A stretch of 64,000 nt of DNA, from assembly GCA_043228905.1 (NCBI GenBank), contig JBHGNT010000018.1:3534001-3598000 (forward strand), in the 5' to 3' direction. Shown piece after piece: positions 1-11,300 of the stretch. Position 1 is the stretch's first letter, and each line of letters opens with the position of its first letter. The notes below the pieces were generated by a model. The model saw nothing but the letters and a program-made list of their open reading frames with translations, made no database searches and had not been told where the DNA came from. A program made the translations under genes and the position numbers. This stretch comes from Azolla caroliniana (lineage: Eukaryota > Plantae > Polypodiophyta).

Positions 1-461
1 TCCTTATATATGTTCCATGGATCAAACAATTGAGGGCCTACAGATTGTAGGTGTAGTTGTCTCACTATGTCTTTTTGTTGAGTGAAATTGTATTTGAGGT
101 AAGTTAGGCTTATATTTTTTTCATCAAGAATTATATAGATTAAGCAAGGAAAAACCCAATAATGTAAAAGTATAAATATCTAAAAAAATTGCTGTTATTA
201 TGAATAAGAATAAACTAAAATTCCTTTCTTCCAACTGTTAAAAATAAAGCTAGTGAAGTTGTATTCTTATATTAGTTATTATTATATTAACCCTTTTGAT
301 TCCTTAATGAAATTTGTTATCTCAGTTTCTCTATAATGTTCGACTCTTATAAATGTATGTATATTGTACATGTGTGTTTTGTGTGTTCTAGTAATGCCCG
401 TCACAACATGTAAGTATGGATATGATTTAAATTTGGCTTAACCTGATGTTTTGTTGTGTAG

Positions 462-1482
462 GTACATACTTCAAACAGCTTTCTCAGCCTCATCTGCCAT
501 CATCGATTGGAATCTTATGTTCTATTCTTTGATCTACACATCAGTCCCAACTATTATTGTAGGAATTTTTGATAAGGACATTACTCAAAGAACTTTGCTT
601 GAGCATCCTCCTTTGTATGGTGCTGGACAGAGGGATGAAAATTACAACAGTCTCCTGTTTTGGGTTACAATGTTGGATACACTTTGGCAGAGTTTGGTTC
701 TCTTTTATGTTCCACTTTACACTTATGAAGTCAGTACTATTGATATCTGGAGCATAGGAAGTTTATGGACCATTGCTGTTGTTATCCTGGTCAATCTTCA
801 CCTTGCAATGGATGTACAACGATGGACGTGGATTACGCATTTGGCAATCTGGGGCTCTATTGGATCAACATTTTGTTGTCTATTTGTTCTTGATGCCATC
901 AGACTTGAAGCCTTTTTACCACACTTTTGGTAATTACAAATACATCACTCTTTTACATAATTTAAAGTGGCACATTTTCCATTTTGAAATTTGAAGGAAT
1001 TGATAGGGCATTTGGATTTAAGCAATCCCCACAAATTTCACACATAAACTACATACACATAAGTCCTTATATGCATGAAAGGTATTCAAATCTCGGTAAT
1101 TCCGCTAATTTACTAGAGGACACTGGATCGACGGAGTTGAACAAATGACCTTCTGCACCTTGGTCAGACCTAACACTGTGAAAGTAAAATAGGGAAAATA
1201 TACGATGTAATAAAGATGTGTGGAAGTCCGACTTTGATCCAACGTTTTGTATTGATAGTCTAATAGCTGATTTGTATTTTGTTTTGTAGGGTCATATTCA
1301 AAATTGTTACTACTTTCAACTATTGGTATGACATTATTCTTATTGTTGTTCTTGCTCTATTACCACGTTTCTTTGTAAAAGCTGTGGTACAGAGAGTTTG
1401 GCCTTCGGATATCCACATTGCCAGAGAAGTTGAAGCATGCAGGTGGTCTAATATTAGGCGACCATCGTCAAGGCTTAGATAA
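462..1482 (+). CDS. P4-ATPase (phospholipid flippase, ALA1-like), last two coding exons; 5' part lies outside the window
   Basis: Exons 462-929 (tag|G...TG|gtaatt) and 1290-1482 (tag|G...TAA) join in phase 2. Translation shows P4-ATPase C-terminal TM motifs: YSLIYTSVPTIIVGIFDKD, LLEHPPLYGAGQRDENYN, LDTLWQS, VNLHLAMDVQRWTW, ALLPRF, WPSDIHIARE. Confidence 0.93.
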
Positions 1483-3149
1483 ATTAACTGGCTCGTCCCA
1501 CGAAGACATCTTTCAAGTTAAGGAAATCTAATCTGCAGAAAAATGTTGCTAAGATTCTCTTTTCTTTACTCTTTGCTCGAGATGATCGATTATAAGTAAG
1601 ATTCTAAGAGAGCATGATGTACATTCAGATGTCCCTTAAATGGGGATATACGATTATGTCATTGTATGATATGTTCCTACATTCTTTAGACAAACAATAT
1701 TCCCAATAAAATATTTGGTTCCCCCATTGTCTCCTCCCCCCAAACCCCCTCAATGGTGGTTCCTTGTACTTTGGAGTGAAATGAAATGAGTGATATTAAC
1801 ATTTGCAGAAGATCAAAATGCCGTATGTGAGAAAGAGGTTCAAGAAGGTTCTTATCCATGTGCCTCCTTTTTGTTATTGAGAATCAATTTTCACTAATTC
1901 TTTTGTGAGCAACGATGTCATCATTCCTAATTTCTGTCTGTAGAGAATTACCTTATAATGGTACCGTTCCCCTATATCTTTTTTGTGCACTATAGTTTAT
2001 CTTGTACAACTTTCATATCCCAAATATGCTTGCTGGATTGATCTTTGGGATGTCACTAAACTCTCTTAACTGTTTTTCTGTTCTAGAGCCAGCTTGTCTA
2101 ATATAATCACTGTAAACATCCCTCAATTGGCTGCTTAATAGATTCTGATGTTATTACTGAGTGGTGTGATATGTAAACCCTTATTATATTTGTTCTTTAC
2201 CTCGTTACATGATTTATGAAATGTGTAAAATCTATATTTCAGTAGTTGAATCATTGTTCATGCACATTTCTGCGTCGATGCAGAAAAATCCCTAAAACAT
2301 TGTACAGTAGATACTTGTTTCAGTTTTTCTTTGATAATATGCAACCTTGCAAAAGGTTTTGTATATTTGTTTGATCTTATTAGTGTGATGTGATTATATA
2401 CTGAATGATATTTATTTGGAACTACGATGTAAGCCAAATAGCTTGTCCTAGAGATTTTACAACCATAGTGTTTTACTACATCGACGGTTCATTGTGCGTA
2501 GGGAGTATTGCAACATTTTGATAACATATAGATGTGCAAACAAAATTTCATCATGCGCATATGGTAATATTTAGTTTCTATATATTATAGGTAGAGCACC
2601 CAAAGCTTAATTGTTGTAAGATGCCAGATTTGTTGGCTTTCTCAAAGATAAACTTAATTGTATGAAAGTTGCATTGTTTGATGTTAGTCATTGCTTTTCA
2701 AAAAGATGCGAGCTTGCATATGTTCTTTTGAGGACACATTATGTTTCACGTACACATGCTACTATAGTTTAATGCTGTTTCATGACACTTTATTTATATT
2801 ATCATTGGCAAAAGGTTGTAGTTATTAGAGACCATACATTTCTCAAACAAATAACAATAGTTAAGATTGTCATTTGAATTTGGATTCATGATACATGTCA
2901 TTTGAATTTTGATCCATGATCGATGTCATGATATTTGTCATTTGAATTTTGATCAATGATCATGGTCATGATACAAGATGTGATGTTTATACTATAGTTT
3001 CCCATGAATAGTAACATCTATTGTGCCGTCTATTTACATTTGCTCACTTGTAAGATTTTTGACAACACTTTTGTCAACATTATGAATCTGTCAAAAACAG
3101 GACCACTACATTTTTGTTCGATTTGGGCCATGCATTTTATCTTTAGGGA

Positions 3150-4150
3150 TTGAAAAGGATTTAAGTTTGGTGTGTTCAATTTCCATCAAGGTAGCTACTA
3201 GCTGGTTGGTACTTGTCTATGGCTACCAATTTCTTTGCCAATATTAAGAAAGAAAAGATATTTCAACGACACCTAAACAAATGATGGGACACACGCAACT
3301 TAATGCCATTTAACTTGCCCTTTTGTAAAATTCTTCCCATTATCTTTTCTAACATAATATCACACCAAAATCTACAAAGCAAAAATGTTGAGTAAAATGT
3401 TGTCGACTCTTAACCCAAATTGATGTTACATTTTGTTCATAGATATTAGAGGCCAAGTTTAATTGCAATAAAAATGCACTCACCATTTCTACTATGGTAT
3501 TATAATATATGATTATTGATCGGTTGGATAACATATTTATTCCCACTTGCCTAAAATAGATTTCCTCTTTAGTTTGTATGGGCATTTTTTGTACCCTAGT
3601 TTGTAGAGGGAAAACACAAACATCAATATATGTTAGAGCCCATTCCATTATCTGCCATCTGAGCAATTGGTTTCATATGTCTTAGTTCACACTCACTTCA
3701 ATGTGAGACAAGACATTGGAGCATAGGTGATGAGACTAGTTAACTATGCACGTTTTGATGTAAATAACATGGGTTTGAATATCACACTTTGACACCATAC
3801 TTTGCCTTTGATGACATTCAAATATGATGTTCACATACATTCGACTAAACCCAATCCTTGCATGTCACAATGTGCACTCACAATAGCAACATACATTGGT
3901 AAAGGTCTTGAACATTGAGAGTCACTACTCACTTTCACATGTATTACGTGAAAATACTATATTTGTGCTATCATAGGTCACATTTGACCTTTGAACACGA
4001 TAAATTCTTGCTCTTGGTGATTGCAATTGTTCTCATGTATACACGAGTGATGGGTGCACTGTTTTTTTGTCAATTATATATATAATACATGTTAGATCGA
4101 GCTTTGTTTTTGCAACCTTCGACAAACACTTTAGCTTCACTTCATAACCC
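3150..4150 (-). mobile_element. Highly degenerate Ty3/gypsy gag-protease relic (tentative)
   Basis: Broken minus-strand frames with weak resemblance to a zinc knuckle (~3980) and a retropepsin-like region (ORF 3349-3666); many stops. Boundaries approximate. Confidence 0.3.
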
Positions 4151-4583
4151 AAAAGATGTTAAAGCAAGCTCGACATGGATTTCAAACACACATTTGCTAG
4201 GGCATGTCAAAAGGTCAAAGCATATAAAAAAGCAATGAGGTGTATGCTACATACATTCGGGAGTCCTTGTGCATTTCAATTAACATGCAGTGTAGCGCCC
4301 ATGTCGCGTAACCAAACTATACGAGTTTGTTGTGATAGGATTCACATGCATATATCAGCATGGGCATGGTTGGTTACGATACACGCAGGGGGGGGGGTTG
4401 GGTCTCCATTGTCGTCCTGGGAGAGCGCGTGGTTGGTTACAGTACGCACATGCAAAGGGAGAGAAGAGGTGCTACGAGAGCAGAGCAGACTAGTCTAGAG
4501 CAGAGTAGACCAGACCAGAGCCAGTCCAGGCAAGTGGACAAGAGGCCTACCCATGATGTGTCTTGAAGAAGAATTTTCCCTTT

Positions 4584-4587
<4 letters not shown>

Positions 4588-4622
<35 letters not shown>

Positions 4623-4645
4623 TGGGGCCTTTCTCACTCACCTTG

Positions 4646-4687
<42 letters not shown>

Positions 4688-4842
4688 GGATAGCGAATGA
4701 GCAGCTCGCTTGCCTTTTTAACTGCCCGAGTTTCCTTTCCTTTTCCTTCTATGCGAACCTTGCAAAGCTTCTTGCATCAGCGAAGCTTTTTTCCTGAGAA
4801 ATCCGTGTCAGAGGAAGACACCCCCCCCCCCCCCCCCCCCCC
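4588..4842. repeat. Microsatellite cluster: (CA)n, (CT)n and C22 homopolymer
   Basis: (CA)n 4588-4620, (CT)n ~4647-4681 and poly-C 4821-4842 seen directly. Confidence 0.95.
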
Positions 4843-4887
4843 GCTCCCCTGCTTGGAAGTATATGCTCTGCTAAGGTGATCGATCAG
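4650..4887 (+). promoter_or_regulatory. Putative 5'UTR exon, containing uORF 4697-4879, of the microexon gene starting at 8334
   Basis: CT-rich tract followed by a GC-richer segment ending at donor CAG|GTTTGC (4887/4888). The next good acceptor, ataccag|G at 8259/8260, precedes the ATG at 8334, and all three frames are closed between 8260 and that ATG. Confidence 0.5.
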
Positions 4888-4984
4888 GTTTGCTGCCTTC
4901 TTCTCTCCCCCACCCCTCTCTCGAACCAGAGGTTAAAATGCTTACTAGATGCCAAAATCGGCCTGAATCAATTTACGATGTGTG

Positions 4985-6521
4985 TGAGAGAGAGTGAGAT
5001 TGATAGATAGATATATTAACGTCTTCTAAAGCCAAAATTGGCCCATGAGACAATTGGTTTATATGGTTTATAACAAAATGGGGTATTTATCCAATCATCA
5101 GAACGAAATAAAATAAAATGGAGGGTTAATGTTTACCACAGGCCAACATCATCTTGGGTGAATTCATGTCATCCATCCTTTCTGATACAAAACTTAAAGA
5201 TTTAGGCATCCTAAAGATTCGTGATAATGATTTTAATGCTTGCACTGGGATGATTCACAAGCATGAAGTGCATAACGAATGTTTATGGGTTGAGTGATGC
5301 GAGGGGGTAAGATATCCAAGATTTGTTGGTGTGGTAAAGTGAGGCTATTCCGAAGTTCACTGAGTGAATAGGACATGGTGAGAAATGATCTCCACGATAT
5401 GGTTATGGTATGGGCTATGTGCCTTGCATCCCTCCCTGTACAAAGGTCTCTGTCGTCATCGGCATTCTTCTGCTTGCAATATGGTGAATCCTTGGCAAGT
5501 TGTTAGTGGAGGTGTGGGCCTATGGAAGAAGATGGTAATGTGTGATTGCGATTGCATCAAATGTGGTAATACAAGGGTTGGTTCCTTGCGCTTTGAAGCT
5601 TGCAAGCTTTGGCCAAAGTGCTGTGAGTCAGCCTTTGTGGTAAAGTTCACATAGAGGGTGGTGTACTCTCTGATATGCTTGTAAGCTGGGCACCTATGCA
5701 CAAAATTTTCCTTGATCTCAAACTCGCCTTCTGATAATTTGCAAAATCTTTTGTTCCTAGGTATATGAAGTGCTCTTCTTGTGTCAATATCTATCTGGTG
5801 GGAGGAAGCTGTGAGTTGACCTCTTGTGAAAACCATGGGGGGTTGTAGACGTACATGTACCTTAGTCTTTGTATGAGTCTATCAAACAAATCTTGCTGCA
5901 AAGGAAAGGTACCAGGATGTTATATAGAAGCTTAAGAAGGCAGGAAGTTGAACTTGGATGAAATTTGATTCAATATGAATTATACGAGTAAAAAGAACGA
6001 AATATTATTGTCTTTTAAGAGGGTAAAATGTCTAAGGAGGCCAAATGAAAGATTATGTAATCAAAGACAAGGCATCCTCATCCACATTTACCATTTTAGA
6101 TAGATAGATAGATAGATTTTATTATTGTCTTCGGAGGTCAAATATGACCTATGAGACCAAAAATATTGCATTTCACGCGATACGTATGAAAGTGAGTAGT
6201 GACTCTCGATGTTCAAGAACTTTACCAATGAATGTTGCAATCAAGAGTGCACATTGTGGTTGTGAGAGGAATTCATGCAAAGATTGGGCTCGGTCGAAGA
6301 GATGTAGAAAGCATGGTTGAATATGATCAAAGGCAGAGCATTGTATCAAAGTGTGATACTCAGACTCGCGAACTTGTTTAGGGCAAAGTGTGCATAGCCG
6401 ATCACTCTCATCACTTGTGCCCCAATGCCTTGTTTCACATCGCAATGCATGTGAGCTAAGTCACATGGAAGCAATGGTTCGAATGACAGATAATGGTATG
6501 GGCTCTAACATGTATCGATGT

Positions 6522-6557
<36 letters not shown>

Positions 6558-7140
6558 AAGAAAGATATATTAACATCTTTTAAGAGGCCAAAATGGCGTA
6601 TAAGACCAAATAAGAGATTACATCTGGAGTGTTGTCTCGTCTTTGAGAACAAATCAAAATAAAATAAATATTACACAGTAAATATAAAAGTAAATAAGAT
6701 GAAAAGAGAGAGAGAGAGAGAGAGAGAGAGATCTTAACATCTTTTAAGAGGCCAAAATGGCCTATAAGACCAATCAAGAGATTACATCTTAAGTGTTGTC
6801 TCGTTGTTGACAACAACAAATCAAAATAAACAAATGTACCAAGTAAAAAAAGTAAATAAGAAAAAAAGAGACTAAAAAAATCTTGTTATTGGTACATGTA
6901 AGATTCTCAAGTCAGATATATTGTAATTTTTGTCTTCGAAAGATCTTTGGCATAGGTCGATCGAGAATGGAGGGGTCTCTGAAGTGATGGCAAGAAATAA
7001 TGGCCTTTATTTGTCAATGACAAGAGTGGTGAGATCGTGGTCCATGGGGCCAAGGCCTACGTGCACAACAAAATGCTATTGTCCGATCTTTTGTAACCCT
7101 TTTGTTATGTCATGGTCAGGAGCCCATTTGTGTAGCACTT
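4985..7140 (-). mobile_element. Stack of 5'-truncated RTE-type LINE 3' ends
   Basis: ORF 5456-5836 (GQLTASSHQIDID...FCKL...HRCPAYKHIR) and ORF 6173-6445 (RLCTLC...ESEYHTLIQC) resemble the C-terminus of ORF2 at 55759-57888. Two tandem copies of the conserved 3'UTR motif lie at ~6555-6850, each next to (AG)n/(AGAA)n tails; the copies at ~5000 and ~6110 have (AGAT)n tails. Confidence 0.85.
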
Positions 7141-7199
7141 GATTGACTTGTCAACTGAAATGAAAACCCTAATCAAGGTTCTTATCACTAAGAAGATGC

Positions 7200-8050
7200 C
7201 TTAAAACTGTTTCCACCTCATCCAACTGGTAAAAATAAGAAGAGATTAGATGGTAGCAAAAATGTTATTCAGCTCATTTTGAGAAATAAAACGTGATACA
7301 ATACGTTCAAGAACAAAGCATTTTGACTCTGAATTTAGAGAGGGTGCTGGAAAGCTCGTTTGAATGGTCTCTCAGATAACAAATTGCATTTTATGCACAA
7401 TTGATCCATTGGTCTTGCTCAAGTCCATGGAAGGTAGCTGAAGAGAATTCCCTCTGTTCTTTTGTGTGACAGGTTTTACTCCTTCCATCTATTACTTAGT
7501 TGGAGGGTAAAAGTTGTTAATAAACCATTGGTGTGATGAAATTTTGCAGAATATATCCATCGGTAAGCATATTGAAGGGTATATTTTAGAATGAGAGAAT
7601 GTAACCAAGAAAACTGTTTCAATACAGTATGGGGAGCATATAAGTGAATCCCAGTGCTCATGAATTTTACTAATGTGCTGCAATTCAGAGTCCACATTGT
7701 AGTTGGGACTTGGGAGAGAAAGCTGTATAGGGATAGATTGTGGCTGAAAGCATGTGAGGTTGATCACTTGAGTAGATTGTGACAATCAAGAGTCACGACT
7801 TTCTTGGAGCATGACATTGAGCTAAAATATGATGTAGTTGATTTATTATGTGATGGATTAAAATAGCTTTTTGATGAAGTGAAATACCAAACTTCATCTT
7901 TGGCATGTTATATTATATTGATTCCATAAGTGTAAGATATATTGTAGCTGTGCCAAAAGGTACCTACAAATTGGTAAAACAATGAGGCCATTGAGTCGTC
8001 TCAAGTTTCTTGCAAGCCTCTTATAATCCTACTTCTCAAATCTCCACCAT
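7200..8050 (+). mobile_element. Degenerate Ty3/gypsy RNaseH-integrase relic
   Basis: Broken frames containing a (V)DHLSR-like motif (~7760) and a C..CLQIGK integrase zinc-finger-like stretch (~7950-7980). Confidence 0.45.
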
Positions 8051-8333
8051 GAAATGACTTATGGTTGGAGCTGATTGCTGCCTCGTTTAGTGTTAACATG
8101 TGAGTCATGACATAATATAGCTTGATATTTTTTCAATAACGTATAATTTTTTTCTAAATCTGGATTCTTCCATTGAATAAACTATATGTTGTGTAATATT
8201 ATGCTAATTGTCAAATCTTGTATCGTGATGCTAATGCTCATTTTATGTTCCTATACCAGGCATTAATATGAATTGTTAATAACTACGTTAAGAAGAATTG
8301 TAACCAGCAAGAATTCACCCTGCAAAAGAGATA

Positions 8334-11300
8334 ATGGAGGATTATGATGTTCTACATGCCACAAGGACGTCGATGCTTGATCGTGTCCTTAGGGACGTAC
8401 CACTCTCACCTAGGGTTTGTTTATTTATCTCTTACTCACTGTTTTTAATAAATTCATTATGCACCAACGTATAGATTTGTATCTTTATGATTGGGATTAT
8501 GCAAATCTCACTTCTGTAAATGAATGGCTGTTTGGATTGGCAATAGTTGTATCTCGCTCAACAAAACTATTGAAAAGACTGATTCTGAATATTGGATGTC
8601 CCATTGCTCATAACTCCGCTGTCTGTGTTAACTATATACTGTATGATATCGTGAATGTGTGATCAATTGTGTTCCAGATATGCCCAGTTGTGTCTACTAT
8701 GCTGCCGTATAATTTGACGAATGTGTGACCGGTCATGATACACGTCTAGTCATCGTTATCTTGTTCGTCCTTTTTCTTTTGATCTAGAAGCTCTATCTGG
8801 TAACCTCTATGAATATTTCAAAACATTAAATCTAGTGATATTGGCATCATAATGCAAACTGAAATTTTCTTCTGCAAAAATGCAAGAGTTAATACTCAAA
8901 ACCAATGTGCATCAGCACAATGTTGTGTGTGGTCTATCTCTTTAGGAGACCTTCCACAAGGTCTGTATTCAACAAGTGATCTATTACGAAAGCTTATATC
9001 GGCATATAGAGACATTGCAAGTTGGTTTGATCTGCTAGTCTCCCTTGTAGTTATCAGAAGGGCCTCTCCACCATGAGGACAATGAAGGAGGAGGTGCTAG
9101 AGTATGGCTTTGGTGGCTGTGGTATCAAGGGATAATCTGGGACATGGTGTAGGTTCTCTATGTCTGCATGCAAAGTTTTTTGGGTTCTCTATCTAAAATA
9201 GCTGGTCTATGTATCACCTGGTTGAAAGGGAGATCAAATTCAATCAATAATAACAAACAGATGAAGAAAATGGATTTTTTTGTCAATAAAAAGCTGAAGC
9301 AAAACAATCAAATTTAAGCCTCAGGGAGATCCAACAGCATATAAAAGGTACTTTAGGTGAGTAAATTAGACTTTTGTATGCTAGAATTTGACCAATACCA
9401 TATTTGTGGGTGATTTTTAAAACTCGGATCAGTTTCTTGTTATAGAGTTTATCTCTAAAAAAAAAGGTATTGTGATTACAATCACTAATGTTCAATATTA
9501 ATAAATGGTGCATCAACTGGAGTAAAACTGAAGCTTTAATCAGATTTTGAAATTCTTTCGGTATGAGTGTAACGATCCATATTCACTAAGTTTCCTTACC
9601 TGGATTTGCAATTCTTGTTTTTTCATATCACCCCATGGCATGCCTCACTAACAAAAGATTCTGTAAAGTTCTAACTTCAAATGTTTCTCATTGGCCAAAG
9701 AAACACAATGTTTTAACTACTGATGTCAAACTACATGGAAAACATTTTCTAATGAGGTTACGCTGTACCAGAAACGCATTGTTAGTCGATTGTTGTATGC
9801 TGCGAAAAATCTAAACAAAGAAACAAGCAAACAACAACTTTCTGGTACTTTCCGGACTTGTTAACATTAACGTGAAATATTGGAGATAATTCATACATAT
9901 GAGCCAAGCCATTTGGTCTAAGAAATATCCTTCCAGAATGCAATGCTGATGCCGTATTTTTACATATAGACGAGATCCTGCAAATGCATTTTAATTTGGT
10001 GCTATATACGATGCATGTGTATATGCTATTAATCATTCATTGGTGGATACTTTTGTTGGAAGATACATTATTATCAGAACTTTCATTATTAATGAAGGTG
10101 TCACCTAGGAAAATTTGTCAGGAACATGCCAAGGCAGTAGGTTTTGAGACATAGATTTGGAAATCCATGTATCCTACTGCAAAATTCTCTCCGAGTATGG
10201 ATAAGAGTTATATATATACATATACACAAAATATAGTCACCCAAACCCGTCTGATCTTTTCAATCACTCAAGCTGCACATATAGTCACCCAAACCCGTAT
10301 AATCTCTTCAATTACCCAAGATGCTCACGATAATCTGGCCAGGCTTCAGGCTTTTTTAAGCTCTGCTCAGGCTTAATTTTCTGGTATAATCTTCCTTTCA
10401 TGTTTTGGTTCTTACATGGCTTTTGAGTCTTTACGTTGCTGTTTCTATTCCATTGTGTCAAGGTCCCACTGTAATATTTTTCAACATTGTCACTGCCTCA
10501 CTTTGTTGATTGCTCTGTACTTTTTTTCGACATTGCCCACAGTAACTCTTGGCACTTAATTTTTTTTCATTGTTGTGCTTTCAAATCTTTATAGTTTTGT
10601 AGACCTGTCACAACATGTGTGGATGGTTTTACATACGTACCCAAAAGACAAAGACAAGGGATTTTTGATGCATTATCTGGATAGATTTTCTTTTTCCCAT
10701 CATCTATTGCAATCTATACATTGTTCCATAGAACTTTAACAACCATTAAATAAATTATGACAATATGCTCACCATTGTTGAGGTTCAAGTTTGTTATGAA
10801 GAAGCATTGCAGTATTTTTGTAATTTGAATAAAGTCTCTTGTTGTTGATTGCATTGTTAGGTTATCATTCTCAAATCATTCAAAAGGTGACAGGAAAGGC
10901 GGACAAGGTGACAGGATTCCTTTTGATATATCCAACATGTTGTCTTCATATTCTTGAGGTGTGAGGTCATATCACACACCAATATTCATCCTTATCATAT
11001 GTATATGTTTCTTATATATGTGCAGGTTAATGACTATGTATCCAGCTAAAAAATGTAACATGCCTTTTGAAGGCAATGGATCTGCAGAAAACATTTTTTA
11101 TTATTGAATTGTCATTCAAGTATCAATGATCTCATACAAGTAAACAATCAAGCATTACTCTAATATGAGCACAGTTTTCTCAGATCTTGAGATTGTATAT
11201 GTTTATCATATTCCGTACATACAGAAAAGTACAAATAGTATAGGTGCTAGGTATGGACGGCAACTTTTAAGATCGAGCTGCATTGGTAGAGAGCATATAT

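Noticed and set aside
8852-9230. Reading 8788-9230 as one pseudogene exon with TGA/TAG stops (possible U-to-C editing or decay)
   Set aside because: The microexon model (8788-8799, 8946-8960, 9051-9148) explains the region with canonical splice sites and no stops; U-to-C editing is organellar.
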